From an uncultured bacterium (GTDB lineage: Bacteria > Eisenbacteria > RBG-16-71-46 > CAIMUX01), in NCBI GenBank assembly GCA_964371055.1, contig CAYJLF010000002.1:202453-266452 (forward strand): DNA of 64,000 bases, given 5' to 3'. Under the pieces are notes generated by a model that was given only the letters and a program-made list of their open reading frames with translations, was not told the origin of the DNA and ran no database searches. Shown here one piece after another: positions 19,592-28,857 of the stretch. Made by a program: the position numbers and the translations under genes. Within the stretch, counting starts at the first letter, position 1. Every line of letters starts with the position of its first letter.

Positions 19592-21190
19592 ATGGAAGGC
19601 CTGAGCATCATCCTCTCGATCGTGCCGGTCGCGGTCATCTTCCTCCTGCTGTTGCTGCGCCGCACGCCGGCCGACGTGGCAGGACTGGTCGGATGGGTCG
19701 TGACCGCGCTGGTGGCGGGGACTTGGTTTCACACCGGCCCCGAGGTGATCGCGCGCGCGTCTCTCGCCGGCGTCGTCTCGTCCTTCCCGATCAGCCTGAT
19801 GGTCGCGGCCAGCATCTTCCAGATGACTTTCATGCTCGAGGTCGGGGCGGTGAAGAGGATCGTGCTCGCGATGAAGTCGGTCTCGCCGCGGGATCGGGTG
19901 GCGCAGATCCTCATGATCAACGTCGGTTTCGGCACGCTGGTCACGGCGCTGGGGGCGACCCCGGTCTCGATCCTGCCGCCGATCATGATCGCCCTGGGCT
20001 ATTCGAGTTTCGTCGCGATCGCGCTGCCGGCCATCGGCTACGACTCCCTCTGCACCTACGCGCTCCTGGCGATTCCGGCGGTGGTCTTCACCGATGTGCT
20101 CGGGCCCCTGGTGACCGACGCGGGGATCACGCTGACGCTGCGGGAGACGGGACTTCTCTTCGCCCGTTTCATTCCGGTCGTCACGACTAGCATCGCGCTC
20201 GGCATGTTCTGGATCGTGGGGCGGTGGTCGATGGTGGCCCGCGGACTGGTCCCGGCCCTCCTGACCGGCGGGGTGGCCGGGCTCTGCTGCTGGGGAATGG
20301 CGGTCGCCGACCTGGTGCCGCTGACCGGCGTGGTGGCGGGCGCGGCGATCATCGCGATGCTGTCCGTCCTGCTCCGCCTGCGGCGGCTGCCGATCTACGC
20401 CGAGGGGACGCTGACGCCGGACGATCTCGCCGTGAAGTCATCGATGAGCCTCGTGAAGTCGATCAGCCCCTGGCTCCTGCTCCTGCTCTTCGCCACGCTG
20501 GTGAATGTCAAAGCGCTCCCTTTCTTCAAGCTTCTCTTCGTCAAGTTCCCCCTCGCGGTCCCGATCATCCCCGGCCGGCCGACGGCGACGCGCTTTCTGT
20601 GGCAGGCCTACACATGGGTCCTGGTCGCGACCTTCGTCTCTGCTTTCCTCTTCCGTCCGACCCGGGGCCAGTGGCGCACGATCTGGTCCCGCACCTGGAA
20701 GCGAGCGCCCCGTCCGGCCCTGGCTGCTGCGGTCTTCTTCGCGATCGCCTACGTCATCGACCACTCCGGCAAGATCGCGGCGGCCGGCCAGGGCTGGCTC
20801 CTCCCCGATCGGACCGACAACATGGTCTTCGTCCTGGCCTCGGCTTCGGCGGACGCGTTCGGCTCCCTCTACGGGCTCGCGGCGCCCTACCTGGGACTGC
20901 TGGCCGGGTTCATATCCGGATCGGAGACGAGCGCGATCGCGATGCTGAGCCGCTTCCACCTGGAGACGGCGCACGCTCTGGGCAGGCCGGCGACGATCGG
21001 TCTCCTGTTGGCGGCGGCCAGCGGGGTCGGCGGCGGTCTCGCTTCGGTCATCTCTCCGGCCAAACTGCAGAACGCGGCGGCGATCATCGACCGGATCGGC
21101 GAGGAGGGGCGGGTTCTGCGGACCACCACCACGATCAGCCTCCTGATTACGCTTCTGACGGCGATCCTGACCTTGATCTGGGTGGGGTAA
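19592..21190 (+). CDS. L-lactate permease (LctP family)
   Basis: AAGGAG RBS. About 13 TM segments. Whole-length resemblance to the LctP/LldP family; the ATG lies only 20 nt after the preceding gene. Confidence 0.75.
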   Translation: MEGLSIILSIVPVAVIFLLLLLRRTPADVAGLVGWVVTALVAGTWFHTGPEVIARASLAGVVSSFPISLMVAASIFQMTFMLEVGAVKRIVLAMKSVSPRDRVAQILMINVGFGTLVTALGATPVSILPPIMIALGYSSFVAIALPAIGYDSLCTYALLAIPAVVFTDVLGPLVTDAGITLTLRETGLLFARFIPVVTTSIALGMFWIVGRWSMVARGLVPALLTGGVAGLCCWGMAVADLVPLTGVVAGAAIIAMLSVLLRLRRLPIYAEGTLTPDDLAVKSSMSLVKSISPWLLLLLFATLVNVKALPFFKLLFVKFPLAVPIIPGRPTATRFLWQAYTWVLVATFVSAFLFRPTRGQWRTIWSRTWKRAPRPALAAAVFFAIAYVIDHSGKIAAAGQGWLLPDRTDNMVFVLASASADAFGSLYGLAAPYLGLLAGFISGSETSAIAMLSRFHLETAHALGRPATIGLLLAAASGVGGGLASVISPAKLQNAAAIIDRIGEEGRVLRTTTTISLLITLLTAILTLIWVG

Positions 21191-21261
21191 GTCGCGATCC
21201 TTGCCTCGGCCGACAGGCGCCTGTATCGGGTTGACGGGGGTCATCCAGGAGAGGAGAGAGC

Positions 21262-22305
21262 TTGAAGCGCAACGCGTCGCATTCCTCCACCCACTCTGAT
21301 TCGTCGGTGCCGGCGAGTCCCCTCGCCTCCCTCGTCCTCCGCGGAGCGGCGGGCGGCGTGCTGATGGGCCTGGCGAACCTCGTTCCAGGGATCAGCGGCG
21401 GGACGATGCTGCTGGCCGTCGGAATCTATCCGCTCTTCGTCGGCGCGATCGCGGATCTGACCATGCTTCGCTTCCGACTCTCTTCTCTGGCGCTCCTCGG
21501 TTCGGTGGTCGTGTCGGCGGGACTGGCGATTCTCCTGTTGGCCGGCGTGGTCAAAGACCTGGTGGTGGATCACCGGTGGATCATGTACAGCCTCTTCATC
21601 GGACTGACCTTGGGAGGTCTGCCGGTGGTATGGAGGCTTGCGCGCCCCGCCACGCCGTCCCTTTGGGCCGGAGCCGGAGCTGGGTTTATCGCGATGTCCT
21701 TCCTGGCGCTGGCGCAGCGATCGGCGACCGAGTCCGGCGCGGCTGGATCGAGCTTCCTCCTTCTCCTCATGGCGGGCGTGGCGGGCGCCAGCGCGATGAT
21801 CCTGCCCGGCGTGAGCGGCGGATACATCTTGTTGGTCCTTGGACAATACGTGCCGATCCTGTCGGCGATCGATCGTTTCAAGGAGGCGATCAGCGCTGCC
21901 GCCTGGGCCACGGCCCTCGATCCGGCCCTTCATGTGCTCCTTCCGGTCGGGATCGGCGTCGTCGTCGGGATCCTGGCCGTGAGCAATGCCCTCCGCTGGC
22001 TGCTCCAGCGTTACGCGAAGCCGACCCTGGGAGTGCTCCTCGGCCTTCTGGTGGGAGCCGTGATCGGTCTGTGGCCGTTTCAGCGGCCGGTGGAACCGAT
22101 CCCGGGAGAGACCGTGATCAAGGGACGGGTCATCACCGAGCAGGATCTCGCGGGAATCGACGCGGAGGACCTTCCCACGGAGTTCTTCCCTCCCACCGCC
22201 GGACTGGTCGGAGCGTCGATCCTCCTGATCGGCGCCGGGTTCCTCGTGACTCTGGGGATCGCGCGGTTGGGCGGGGAGAAGGAGGGGGAAGACCGGGGTC
22301 GGTAG
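21262..22305 (+). CDS. DUF368 family membrane protein (PopT-type putative undecaprenyl-phosphate translocase)
   Basis: Two internal repeats carrying the PGISGGT / PGVSGGY signature of DUF368. TTG start after GAGGAGAGAG. Confidence 0.6.
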   Translation: MKRNASHSSTHSDSSVPASPLASLVLRGAAGGVLMGLANLVPGISGGTMLLAVGIYPLFVGAIADLTMLRFRLSSLALLGSVVVSAGLAILLLAGVVKDLVVDHRWIMYSLFIGLTLGGLPVVWRLARPATPSLWAGAGAGFIAMSFLALAQRSATESGAAGSSFLLLLMAGVAGASAMILPGVSGGYILLVLGQYVPILSAIDRFKEAISAAAWATALDPALHVLLPVGIGVVVGILAVSNALRWLLQRYAKPTLGVLLGLLVGAVIGLWPFQRPVEPIPGETVIKGRVITEQDLAGIDAEDLPTEFFPPTAGLVGASILLIGAGFLVTLGIARLGGEKEGEDRGR

Positions 22306-22331
22306 TCAGGACCACGGGTATCAGTGCCTTG

Positions 22332-23198
22332 TTAGAGCCACGCCCGGCGCAGGCGGGCCGACACGGCATCGACTGCGAGCACGAGACCGATCACCGCGAT
22401 CAGGTAGGTGGCCAGCGATCCCCAATCGAAGGTGCCGATCGCGTAGCTGACCTGGAAGCCGAGCCCTCCCGCGCCGACGATCCCGAGGACCGCCGACTCC
22501 CGGATGTTCACTTCCCAGCGATAGAGGGTGTAGGCAGTGAGCGCGGAACGGGCGGCCGGCATCATGCCGAAGAGGAGAACGGAGACCCGTCCCGCTCCGA
22601 CCGTGCGCAGCGCTTCCAGCGGGCGCGGATCGAGCTGATCGAGCGCAGTGGAGTAGAGCCTGGCGAAGACACCCCCGGTGTGCACGCCGATCGCCAACGC
22701 TCCGGGGAACGGACCCAGCCCCACCATGAACCAGAAGAGGATCGCCCAGACGAAGTAGGGTACGGTCCGGAGCAGGTTGGCGGTGAGGCGCGCGGTGAGG
22801 TGGATCGCCCAGGAGAGTCCCCGGGCCGCCTTCCCTTCATTCCCCCCCATGCCGAGGGTCCCCAGGGCGAAGAGCGACTGGCTGCAGAAGGGCATCAGGA
22901 GAAATCCGATCAGAGCTCCGATGAACGTTCCCGCGATCGAGATCGAGAGGGTTTCGATGATTCCTTGCCCGGCCTTGCCCAGGACGGCGGCATCGACGCG
23001 CGGAGGCCAGAGCCGGTCGACGACCGATCGAGCCGCGTCGATCGTCTGACCGCTGAAGAGCTCGCCCGGCCGCAGGCGGAGCCAGAGGGCGGCGGCGATG
23101 ACGAGCACCGTCGCGATCGCCAGCAGGATGAACTCGGCCGAGAACGCTCGCCGGTCCTCGGGGAGGCCGGGCCCGCTGCGCCGCAGATCGCGCCTCAT
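22332..23198 (-). CDS. phnE: Phosphonate ABC transporter permease PhnE (second copy)
   Basis: ATG 23198 overlaps the stop of the upstream phnE (ATGA overlap). Contains the conserved permease EAA-loop region. Confidence 0.8.
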   Translation of the reverse strand: MRRDLRRSGPGLPEDRRAFSAEFILLAIATVLVIAAALWLRLRPGELFSGQTIDAARSVVDRLWPPRVDAAVLGKAGQGIIETLSISIAGTFIGALIGFLLMPFCSQSLFALGTLGMGGNEGKAARGLSWAIHLTARLTANLLRTVPYFVWAILFWFMVGLGPFPGALAIGVHTGGVFARLYSTALDQLDPRPLEALRTVGAGRVSVLLFGMMPAARSALTAYTLYRWEVNIRESAVLGIVGAGGLGFQVSYAIGTFDWGSLATYLIAVIGLVLAVDAVSARLRRAWL

Positions 23199-24016
23199 CC
23201 GATCCAGCCCCGCACGCCGTCCGAGGCCGTCTCGATCAACATGACCACGAAAACGAGAAGGGCCACTTCCGTGACGACTTCGCTCCACAGATAGTCCTGC
23301 ACCGAGACCTCGATGGCGAAGCCGAGGCCTCCCGCGCCGACGAAACCCATCAGTGCGCTCGCCCGCACCGCGCACTCGAAGCGATACGCCGTGTAGGAAG
23401 CCATCCTCCCCGCGACCTGGGGGAATACCCCCCAGACGAACGTCGTGAAGCGTCCGGCCCCGACCGCTTCCAGCGCCGCCGCGGGCGCGGTCCGCGCCTC
23501 CTCGAGTTGCTCGGAGAAGACCTTGCCGAGCATGCCCCCATAGGCGACCGCGAGCGCGGCGATCGCCGGCGCCGGACCCAGCCCGAGGATGCGAACGAAG
23601 ACGATGGCCCAGATCAGTTCCGGGATGCTGCGGAAGAAGGCTCCCGCCAAGCGGCCGGCCAGGCAGATCGCCCGCCCCGCGCGGCCCGCCCGCGCCTCCC
23701 CCTCGGCGAAGAGAGCACCGTGGGTGACGATCCGACTGCCGAGGACTCCGAGGGGAAGCCCGACTACGACCGCGCACGCGGTGCCGACCAACGCGATGGC
23801 CACCGTGTCGACGGCGCCCTTCAGGATCCTGAAGAGGAACGGAGCGTCGAGACGCGGCGGCCACCAGGCGCGCAGGAACTCGCTCGCCCGATCCGCGGCG
23901 GATGAGCCGAAGAGAACGCCCGGACGGAACTCAGAGCCGACAAAGGCAGCGGCCAGGAGCCCCAGTCCGCAGACCGCCGCCAGGTAGCGGGAGAACCTTC
24001 GCTCACCGAGTTGCAT
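23195..24016 (-). CDS. phnE: Phosphonate ABC transporter permease PhnE (first copy)
   Basis: Paralogous to the downstream permease. Its start overlaps the phnC stop. Confidence 0.8.
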   Translation of the reverse strand: MQLGERRFSRYLAAVCGLGLLAAAFVGSEFRPGVLFGSSAADRASEFLRAWWPPRLDAPFLFRILKGAVDTVAIALVGTACAVVVGLPLGVLGSRIVTHGALFAEGEARAGRAGRAICLAGRLAGAFFRSIPELIWAIVFVRILGLGPAPAIAALAVAYGGMLGKVFSEQLEEARTAPAAALEAVGAGRFTTFVWGVFPQVAGRMASYTAYRFECAVRASALMGFVGAGGLGFAIEVSVQDYLWSEVVTEVALLVFVVMLIETASDGVRGWIG

Positions 24017-24831
24017 CAGACATCCGTCGGCCGGCAGGCGGGGCGGCTGATCCGCCGTCCCCCTTCAGCAAGCTCGGTACCCGCTTCGGTGGCGTCGTCG
24101 CCGAAGAGCTCGGAGAGGAGTTCGTCCTCGACCTGCCCGGCCGGGAGGTCGAACGCCACGCGCCCCGCGCGCAGCCCCACGATTCGCTCGAACCACTGCC
24201 GCGCCAGGGCCGGCTGGTGGAGACTCACGAGCAACGTCCGTCGGTCTCGGGCCGCGAAGGAGACGAGAAGCTCCAGGATTTCCGCGGCCCGGACTGGGTC
24301 GAGCGACGCCACCGGCTCATCGGCCAGGATCCAGCGCGCGTCCTGGAAGATGGCTCGGGCGATCGCGACGCGCTGCCGCTCTCCGCCTGACAGCCGATCC
24401 GACCGCTGGAAGAGGCGACGTTCGAGACCGACGCGACCGGCGACCTCTCGCGCTTCCTCCACCAGGCCCGCCCGCGGGAAGAGAAAGGCGCGGGTGGACC
24501 GCACGGTGCTCCACTGCCCGAGCCTGCCCGCCAGGATGTTCTTGCACACGCTCAAACGCTCGACGACATCGTGGTGTTGATGGATCGTCGCAATCCGCGT
24601 CCGGGCGATCCGGAGGTCTCTTCCGCGCAGGCGGGCGACGTCGCCTCCATCCAGGAGGTACGCTCCTCGATCGGGACGGATCGAGAGATTCAGGATCCTG
24701 AAGAGCGTGGTCTTCCCCGAGCCGCTCGGGCCGACGAGGGCGACCCGCTCGCCGGCCCGGACGGCGAGGTCGACCTGATCGAGGACGACCGCTCCTCCGA
24801 ACGATCGTCCCACCTGCGATAGCTGGATCAT
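24016..24831 (-). CDS. phnC: Phosphonate ABC transporter ATP-binding protein PhnC
   Basis: Walker A GPSGSGKTT, ABC signature LSGGERQRV, Walker B ILADEP. Confidence 0.8.
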   Translation of the reverse strand: MIQLSQVGRSFGGAVVLDQVDLAVRAGERVALVGPSGSGKTTLFRILNLSIRPDRGAYLLDGGDVARLRGRDLRIARTRIATIHQHHDVVERLSVCKNILAGRLGQWSTVRSTRAFLFPRAGLVEEAREVAGRVGLERRLFQRSDRLSGGERQRVAIARAIFQDARWILADEPVASLDPVRAAEILELLVSFAARDRRTLLVSLHQPALARQWFERIVGLRAGRVAFDLPAGQVEDELLSELFGDDATEAGTELAEGGRRISRPACRPTDV

Positions 24832-24845
24832 CGGGGGTTGCGGGG

Positions 24846-25739
24846 TCAGTCCTGGAGCATCCCGGCCGCGCGAGCGGCGTTCTCGATCCCCTTCCAGTCG
24901 GCGTCATTCGCTTCGACATAGCGGGATGCCTTGTGCAGGTCCAGCAGCGCCTTGTCGGCCGGATCGGCCGGATCGAGCTCGAGGAACGCAGAGCGGATCG
25001 CCTCCCTCAGGCTGGCGGGAAGATCCCGGCGAGCGACCCAGCAGTAGTCCACGTATTCCGGAGTCGTCCAGAAGACGCGGATCTTCGTCGTATCGACCTT
25101 GGTCTCTTCGACCAGCCTGGCCCAGGTGAGGTAATTCAGCGCTCCGGCGTCGACCACGCCCCCCTCGACCGCTTTGGCGGTCGCGTCGTGCGCGCCGGAG
25201 TAGTTCAACCGCGTGAAGTCCTTGTCCGGGTCGATGCCGTTTTCCTTGAGGAAGTACCGTGGCATAAGGTGGCCGGACGTCGACGACTGACTGCCGAAGG
25301 AGAAGGTCTTTCCCTTGAGATCGGCCAAGGACGCGACTCCGGCGCCGGGGTGGGTCACGAAGACAGACTTGAACTGCCTGTCCTCGGCCCGCATCGCAAG
25401 TCGCTCGGCGTTGCCGCCGGTGGCGCGCACCGCCTGGACAGAGGTGTAGCCGCCGTACCAGACGAGCTCGAGCCGCTTCGAGGCGAGGCCGTCCACGGTG
25501 GCGGCGTAGTCGGTGACCGGGGTGAACTCCACCGGGATTCCCAGTCGCTTCGAGAGGTACTCGGCGAAGGGTTGATAGGTCACCGCAAGCTGGCTCTGGT
25601 TCACATCCGGGATGGCCGAGACCCGGAGGGTCCGGGGCCATCCGCTTCGATCTTGATCGAGGGATGCGGCGGGAGAGACGGCGACGGCGGACAGCGTAAG
25701 GATGGCCAGGGTGATCGCCCGGCGGTGGGTATGGAACAT
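24846..25739 (-). CDS. phnD: Phosphonate ABC transporter periplasmic substrate-binding protein PhnD
   Basis: Signal peptide MFHTHRRAITLAILTLSAVAVSPAAS. Whole-length PhnD-type binding-protein similarity. First gene of the tightly packed phnDCEE operon. Confidence 0.8.
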   Translation of the reverse strand: MFHTHRRAITLAILTLSAVAVSPAASLDQDRSGWPRTLRVSAIPDVNQSQLAVTYQPFAEYLSKRLGIPVEFTPVTDYAATVDGLASKRLELVWYGGYTSVQAVRATGGNAERLAMRAEDRQFKSVFVTHPGAGVASLADLKGKTFSFGSQSSTSGHLMPRYFLKENGIDPDKDFTRLNYSGAHDATAKAVEGGVVDAGALNYLTWARLVEETKVDTTKIRVFWTTPEYVDYCWVARRDLPASLREAIRSAFLELDPADPADKALLDLHKASRYVEANDADWKGIENAARAAGMLQD

Positions 25740-25968
25740 CGGACTCCTCCTCTTCGCACGATCCGGTTTTGAATTCGGGGCCCGGTGGCCCGGATCGAGG
25801 GAGGGAGGAAACGTCTCAGTTCACTCCGTCGCTCGGCCCCCGACCGGAGCCCCCTGCCGTGCGTGAACTGCACGGGCGGGCCGCTCCCCTCAGGTGAAGG
25901 GGCCAGCGAACAGAGATCTCTGAGACCATGCCAGCATGCGAACCATCGTAGCGGCAGGAGCGATGATG

Positions 25969-26679
25969 TCAAAGCATGGATCCCGATGTTCCGCTTCGTT
26001 CATCTTCCGATCGTGACACTTTCTGAGAGCGTCGGGATCGACAAGATCGCGCGGCCCGCCGGGCGGCCGAATCGTCAGGGGGCGAGCTGGAGAGCTCGTG
26101 GGCCAGCCAGGTCCGGGCGGCGCGCCAGTCGCTCTGCACGGTCCGTTCGGAGACGCCTAGCACGTGCGCGACATCCCGGACCGCCAGGCCGCCGAAGACC
26201 CGGAGTTCGACCACCTGCTCCATCCGCGCATGTGATTCCTTCAGGCGGAGGAGCGCCTGGTCGAGGTCGAGGATCTCGAGCGTCGTGTTGCCGGCCGCGC
26301 CGACCTCGTCGTCCAGAGTGATCCGCTGCCACCCCCCGCCTCGTTTGGCCGCGCCGCGCCGTCGGGCCGCTTCCACAAGAATCTGCCGCATCGCGACCGC
26401 GGCGACGCCGCAGAAATGCGCGCGGCTGGTCCAGTGGAGGGTCGCGTCGCCGGCCAGGCGCATGTAGGTCTCATCGACGAGATCGCCCGGCTGCATCTCG
26501 AGATCGCTCTGCTCATGCCGGAGCGCCGCGGCCGCGAGGCGTCTCAGTTCAACGAACGTGAGTTCGAACAGGCGGTTGAACAACTCGACACGATCCTCCC
26601 GCCCGCCGTGCAGTCCGGCGAGGATACGTCTCGCTTCGTCCCGGGCCGGATCGATCATCACCCGCCCACCTCTCTGCAC
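25969..26679 (-). CDS. ECF sigma factor (TIGR02999-like, Sig70_X6 type) with a Ser/Arg-rich C-terminal tail
   Basis: Region 2 DLVDETYMRL and the characteristic WTSRAHFCGVAAVAMRQILVEAARRRGAAKRGGG...ITLDD signature. Region 4 HTH LAVRDVAHVLGVSERTVQSDW. A second ATG at 26658, with AGAGGTGG 8 nt upstream, is an equally likely start. Confidence 0.65.
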   Translation of the reverse strand: MQRGGRVMIDPARDEARRILAGLHGGREDRVELFNRLFELTFVELRRLAAAALRHEQSDLEMQPGDLVDETYMRLAGDATLHWTSRAHFCGVAAVAMRQILVEAARRRGAAKRGGGWQRITLDDEVGAAGNTTLEILDLDQALLRLKESHARMEQVVELRVFGGLAVRDVAHVLGVSERTVQSDWRAARTWLAHELSSSPPDDSAARRAARSCRSRRSQKVSRSEDERSGTSGSML

Positions 26680-26928
26680 GGTCGACTTCTTCGGTTCGAA
26701 GGTAGGAGCGCCCGACCGCGGCTGACAACCGGAATCGGGAGGAGACGAACCGTGTCATCACTCCGGACGCTGATCTTTCGTCTGCGGGTCCGGGAGTCGA
26801 TTTTCGCATTTAAGAGCGGGAGTGCGTTGGCGTGAGCCGCCGGCCGTGAAGTGCGAGAAGAGCGTCCGATCGATTCGTAGCACAGGCGGGATCGGCGGTT
26901 TCCGTACTTCCCGATCAGGGAGGACGCC

Positions 26929-27576
26929 ATGTGGAAGGTGATTGTTCTGACTCTGGTGAACCTGGTTCTGGCCAGCGCCGCAGTTGGCGGGGGGACAGCC
27001 AGATCCGCTGCGTCAGAGGGCGAGTTTTTCGCTGAACTGTGCCTGCGGGTCGGCTATGACCACTACTCGTACGTCCGGCCGACGACGATTCCCGATGGCG
27101 ATGCGCATGGAGTCATGATCGGGCCTTTGGCCGTGCCGGACGACGGGACGACCATCGAAGGGGTCATCCTGCGGATCAGGTTGTTTCACGCCCGGACCCC
27201 CGATCTTGGGCTCAGGCTCTGCTACGACGGGAACAACGACGGTCTCCCCGATGCGTCCGTTGCCCTCCAGCCTTATCTGGCGCGCACCAACGCCTGCGTG
27301 CCGGTGGAGCGGTACTGCTGCCCGGCCGCCATGGACGGGGCGTACTTCTTCCGGGACGGCCTCTACGGAAGGAGGGACGTGGCGGCGGTACCGGTGCCCG
27401 GCGAGCCGCGCGATCCAATCGACAACGGAGTCGATGTGTCGTTCTCCGTCTTCGACGGGCTGAGCAAGGGTGGGACGTTCTACGTCTCTGCGGTCGACAG
27501 CCTCCCCGGCGACACGGGAATGGTCCGGGACTGGACGGTGTACACGCGCCAGCCCCTCTACGGAGCCGTCCGCTGA
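26929..27576 (+). CDS. Hypothetical secreted protein with a proprotein-convertase P-domain-like fold
   Basis: GGGAGG RBS. Signal peptide MWKVIVLTLVNLVLASAAVG. P-domain-like segments GVILRIRLFHARTPDLGLRLCYDGNNDGLPD and GGTFYVSAVDSLPGDTGMVRDWTV. Confidence 0.5.
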   Translation: MWKVIVLTLVNLVLASAAVGGGTARSAASEGEFFAELCLRVGYDHYSYVRPTTIPDGDAHGVMIGPLAVPDDGTTIEGVILRIRLFHARTPDLGLRLCYDGNNDGLPDASVALQPYLARTNACVPVERYCCPAAMDGAYFFRDGLYGRRDVAAVPVPGEPRDPIDNGVDVSFSVFDGLSKGGTFYVSAVDSLPGDTGMVRDWTVYTRQPLYGAVR

Positions 27577-27608
27577 CCGGGGCCTCGCCTTGCATGGGGA
27601 CCGGTCCA

Positions 27609-27650
27609 GGGGCCGGAGGGCGAACGCAAAGCCTCCGGCCCCGTCCTTTC
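27609..27650 (+). terminator. Strong stem-loop (11-bp perfect GC-rich stem) followed by a CCTTTCC run; likely intrinsic terminator of the P-domain gene
   Basis: GGGGCCGGAGG-gcgaacgcaaag-CCTCCGGCCCC at 27609-27642, then GTCCTTTCC. Confidence 0.5.
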
Positions 27651-27766
27651 CGCCGGGCGGCCGAAGCCGGCGCGCCGTCGGGAGCTTGCGTGAAGACCCC
27701 TCCCATGGTCCGATCGAGGGAAAACGGGGAGAATCCGCACGCGCTCGCCACGGGAGGACGACGAAG

Positions 27767-28822
27767 ATGCTGAACGACGACATCCTGGTCTCTCAATACC
27801 GCTCCGCGCTCAAGATGCTGCGCGCCGCCGTCGTCGCCTGCCCCGCACGGGCGTGGAACGACCCATCTTCTGAGAATCGCTCCTGGCAGATCGCCTACCA
27901 CGCCGTCTTCTATGCGCATCTCTACCTCAGCCGCTCCGAGACGGCGTTCCAGCCCTGGGAGAAGTCGATCCCGGAGTACAACTTTCTGGGTCGCCTCCCC
28001 TGGCCGCCGCACGATCCGCCGAAGATCGGGCGCCCTTATGAACGGGCCGAGATCCTGGAGTACTGCGATCTGGTCATCGCGCGGGTGCGCGACCTCGTGC
28101 GGGAGGCTCCCCTCAGCGGCGCCTCGGGGTTTCACTGGCTCCCGATGGGCCGGCGCGAGTTGCATCTCTACAACCTCCGGCACATTCAGCATCATACCGG
28201 GCAGCTGATCGAACGCCTGCGGGCCGGGGGAATCGGGGGGCAGGAGTGGCTGGGAATGAAGCCGGATGGCGGCGCGGCGACGGAGGCGAAAACGGATGCG
28301 GCAACAGTGGCGGGGGTGGAGCCCGGCCACGCCGAGAAGGAATCCGCACCCACGGCGCTCTTTCCGACCCCGGCCAGCGTCGTCTCCCTGCGGGAGATCA
28401 CGGCCGAGACCGTGCGGGGAGTCTGCGATCTCGCGACTCGCGAGTCCCAGCGGAACTTCGTGGCGCCGAATGCCGTCTCCCTCGCGGAGGCGTTGTTCTC
28501 TGACCGGGCCTGGTTCCGGGGCGTCTATGCCGGCGAAACCGCGGTCGGCTTCGTCATGCTGCACGAGGATCCCGGGAAGCCCGAGTACTACCTCTGGCGC
28601 TTCATGATCGACGGCCGCTATCAGGGAATGGGATTCGGCCGCCTCGCGATGGACCTCGTGATCAAGCGGGTCCGGTCGCTGCCGGGCGCGCGCGAACTGC
28701 TGACCAGCGTCGTGCCGGGTGAGGGAAGCCCTCAGGAGTTCTACGAGCGCCTGGGCTTCCGTCCGACCGGCGACTGGGACGACGGAGAAGCCGTGCTACG
28801 GCTGGAACTACCAGGGTGCTGA
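27767..28822 (+). CDS. Two-domain protein: N-terminal DinB_2/YfiT-like four-helix metal-binding domain fused to a C-terminal GNAT N-acetyltransferase
   Basis: ATG 27767 after GGGAGG. N-domain carries His-rich signatures (IAYHAVFYAHLY ... LRHIQHHTGQL). C-domain carries the GNAT motif-A core RYQGMGFGRLAMDLV. Confidence 0.65.
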   Translation: MLNDDILVSQYRSALKMLRAAVVACPARAWNDPSSENRSWQIAYHAVFYAHLYLSRSETAFQPWEKSIPEYNFLGRLPWPPHDPPKIGRPYERAEILEYCDLVIARVRDLVREAPLSGASGFHWLPMGRRELHLYNLRHIQHHTGQLIERLRAGGIGGQEWLGMKPDGGAATEAKTDAATVAGVEPGHAEKESAPTALFPTPASVVSLREITAETVRGVCDLATRESQRNFVAPNAVSLAEALFSDRAWFRGVYAGETAVGFVMLHEDPGKPEYYLWRFMIDGRYQGMGFGRLAMDLVIKRVRSLPGARELLTSVVPGEGSPQEFYERLGFRPTGDWDDGEAVLRLELPGC

Positions 28823-28857
28823 GCACCCTGCTGAGACCGCCGCCGGGGTGACGGCGG

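Noticed and set aside
25886-25903. Short hairpin CCCCTCAGGTGAAGGGG downstream of the sigma-factor gene as a terminator.
   Set aside because: The stem is only 5 bp with no following U-tract, too weak to call as a feature. Noted only as a possibility.
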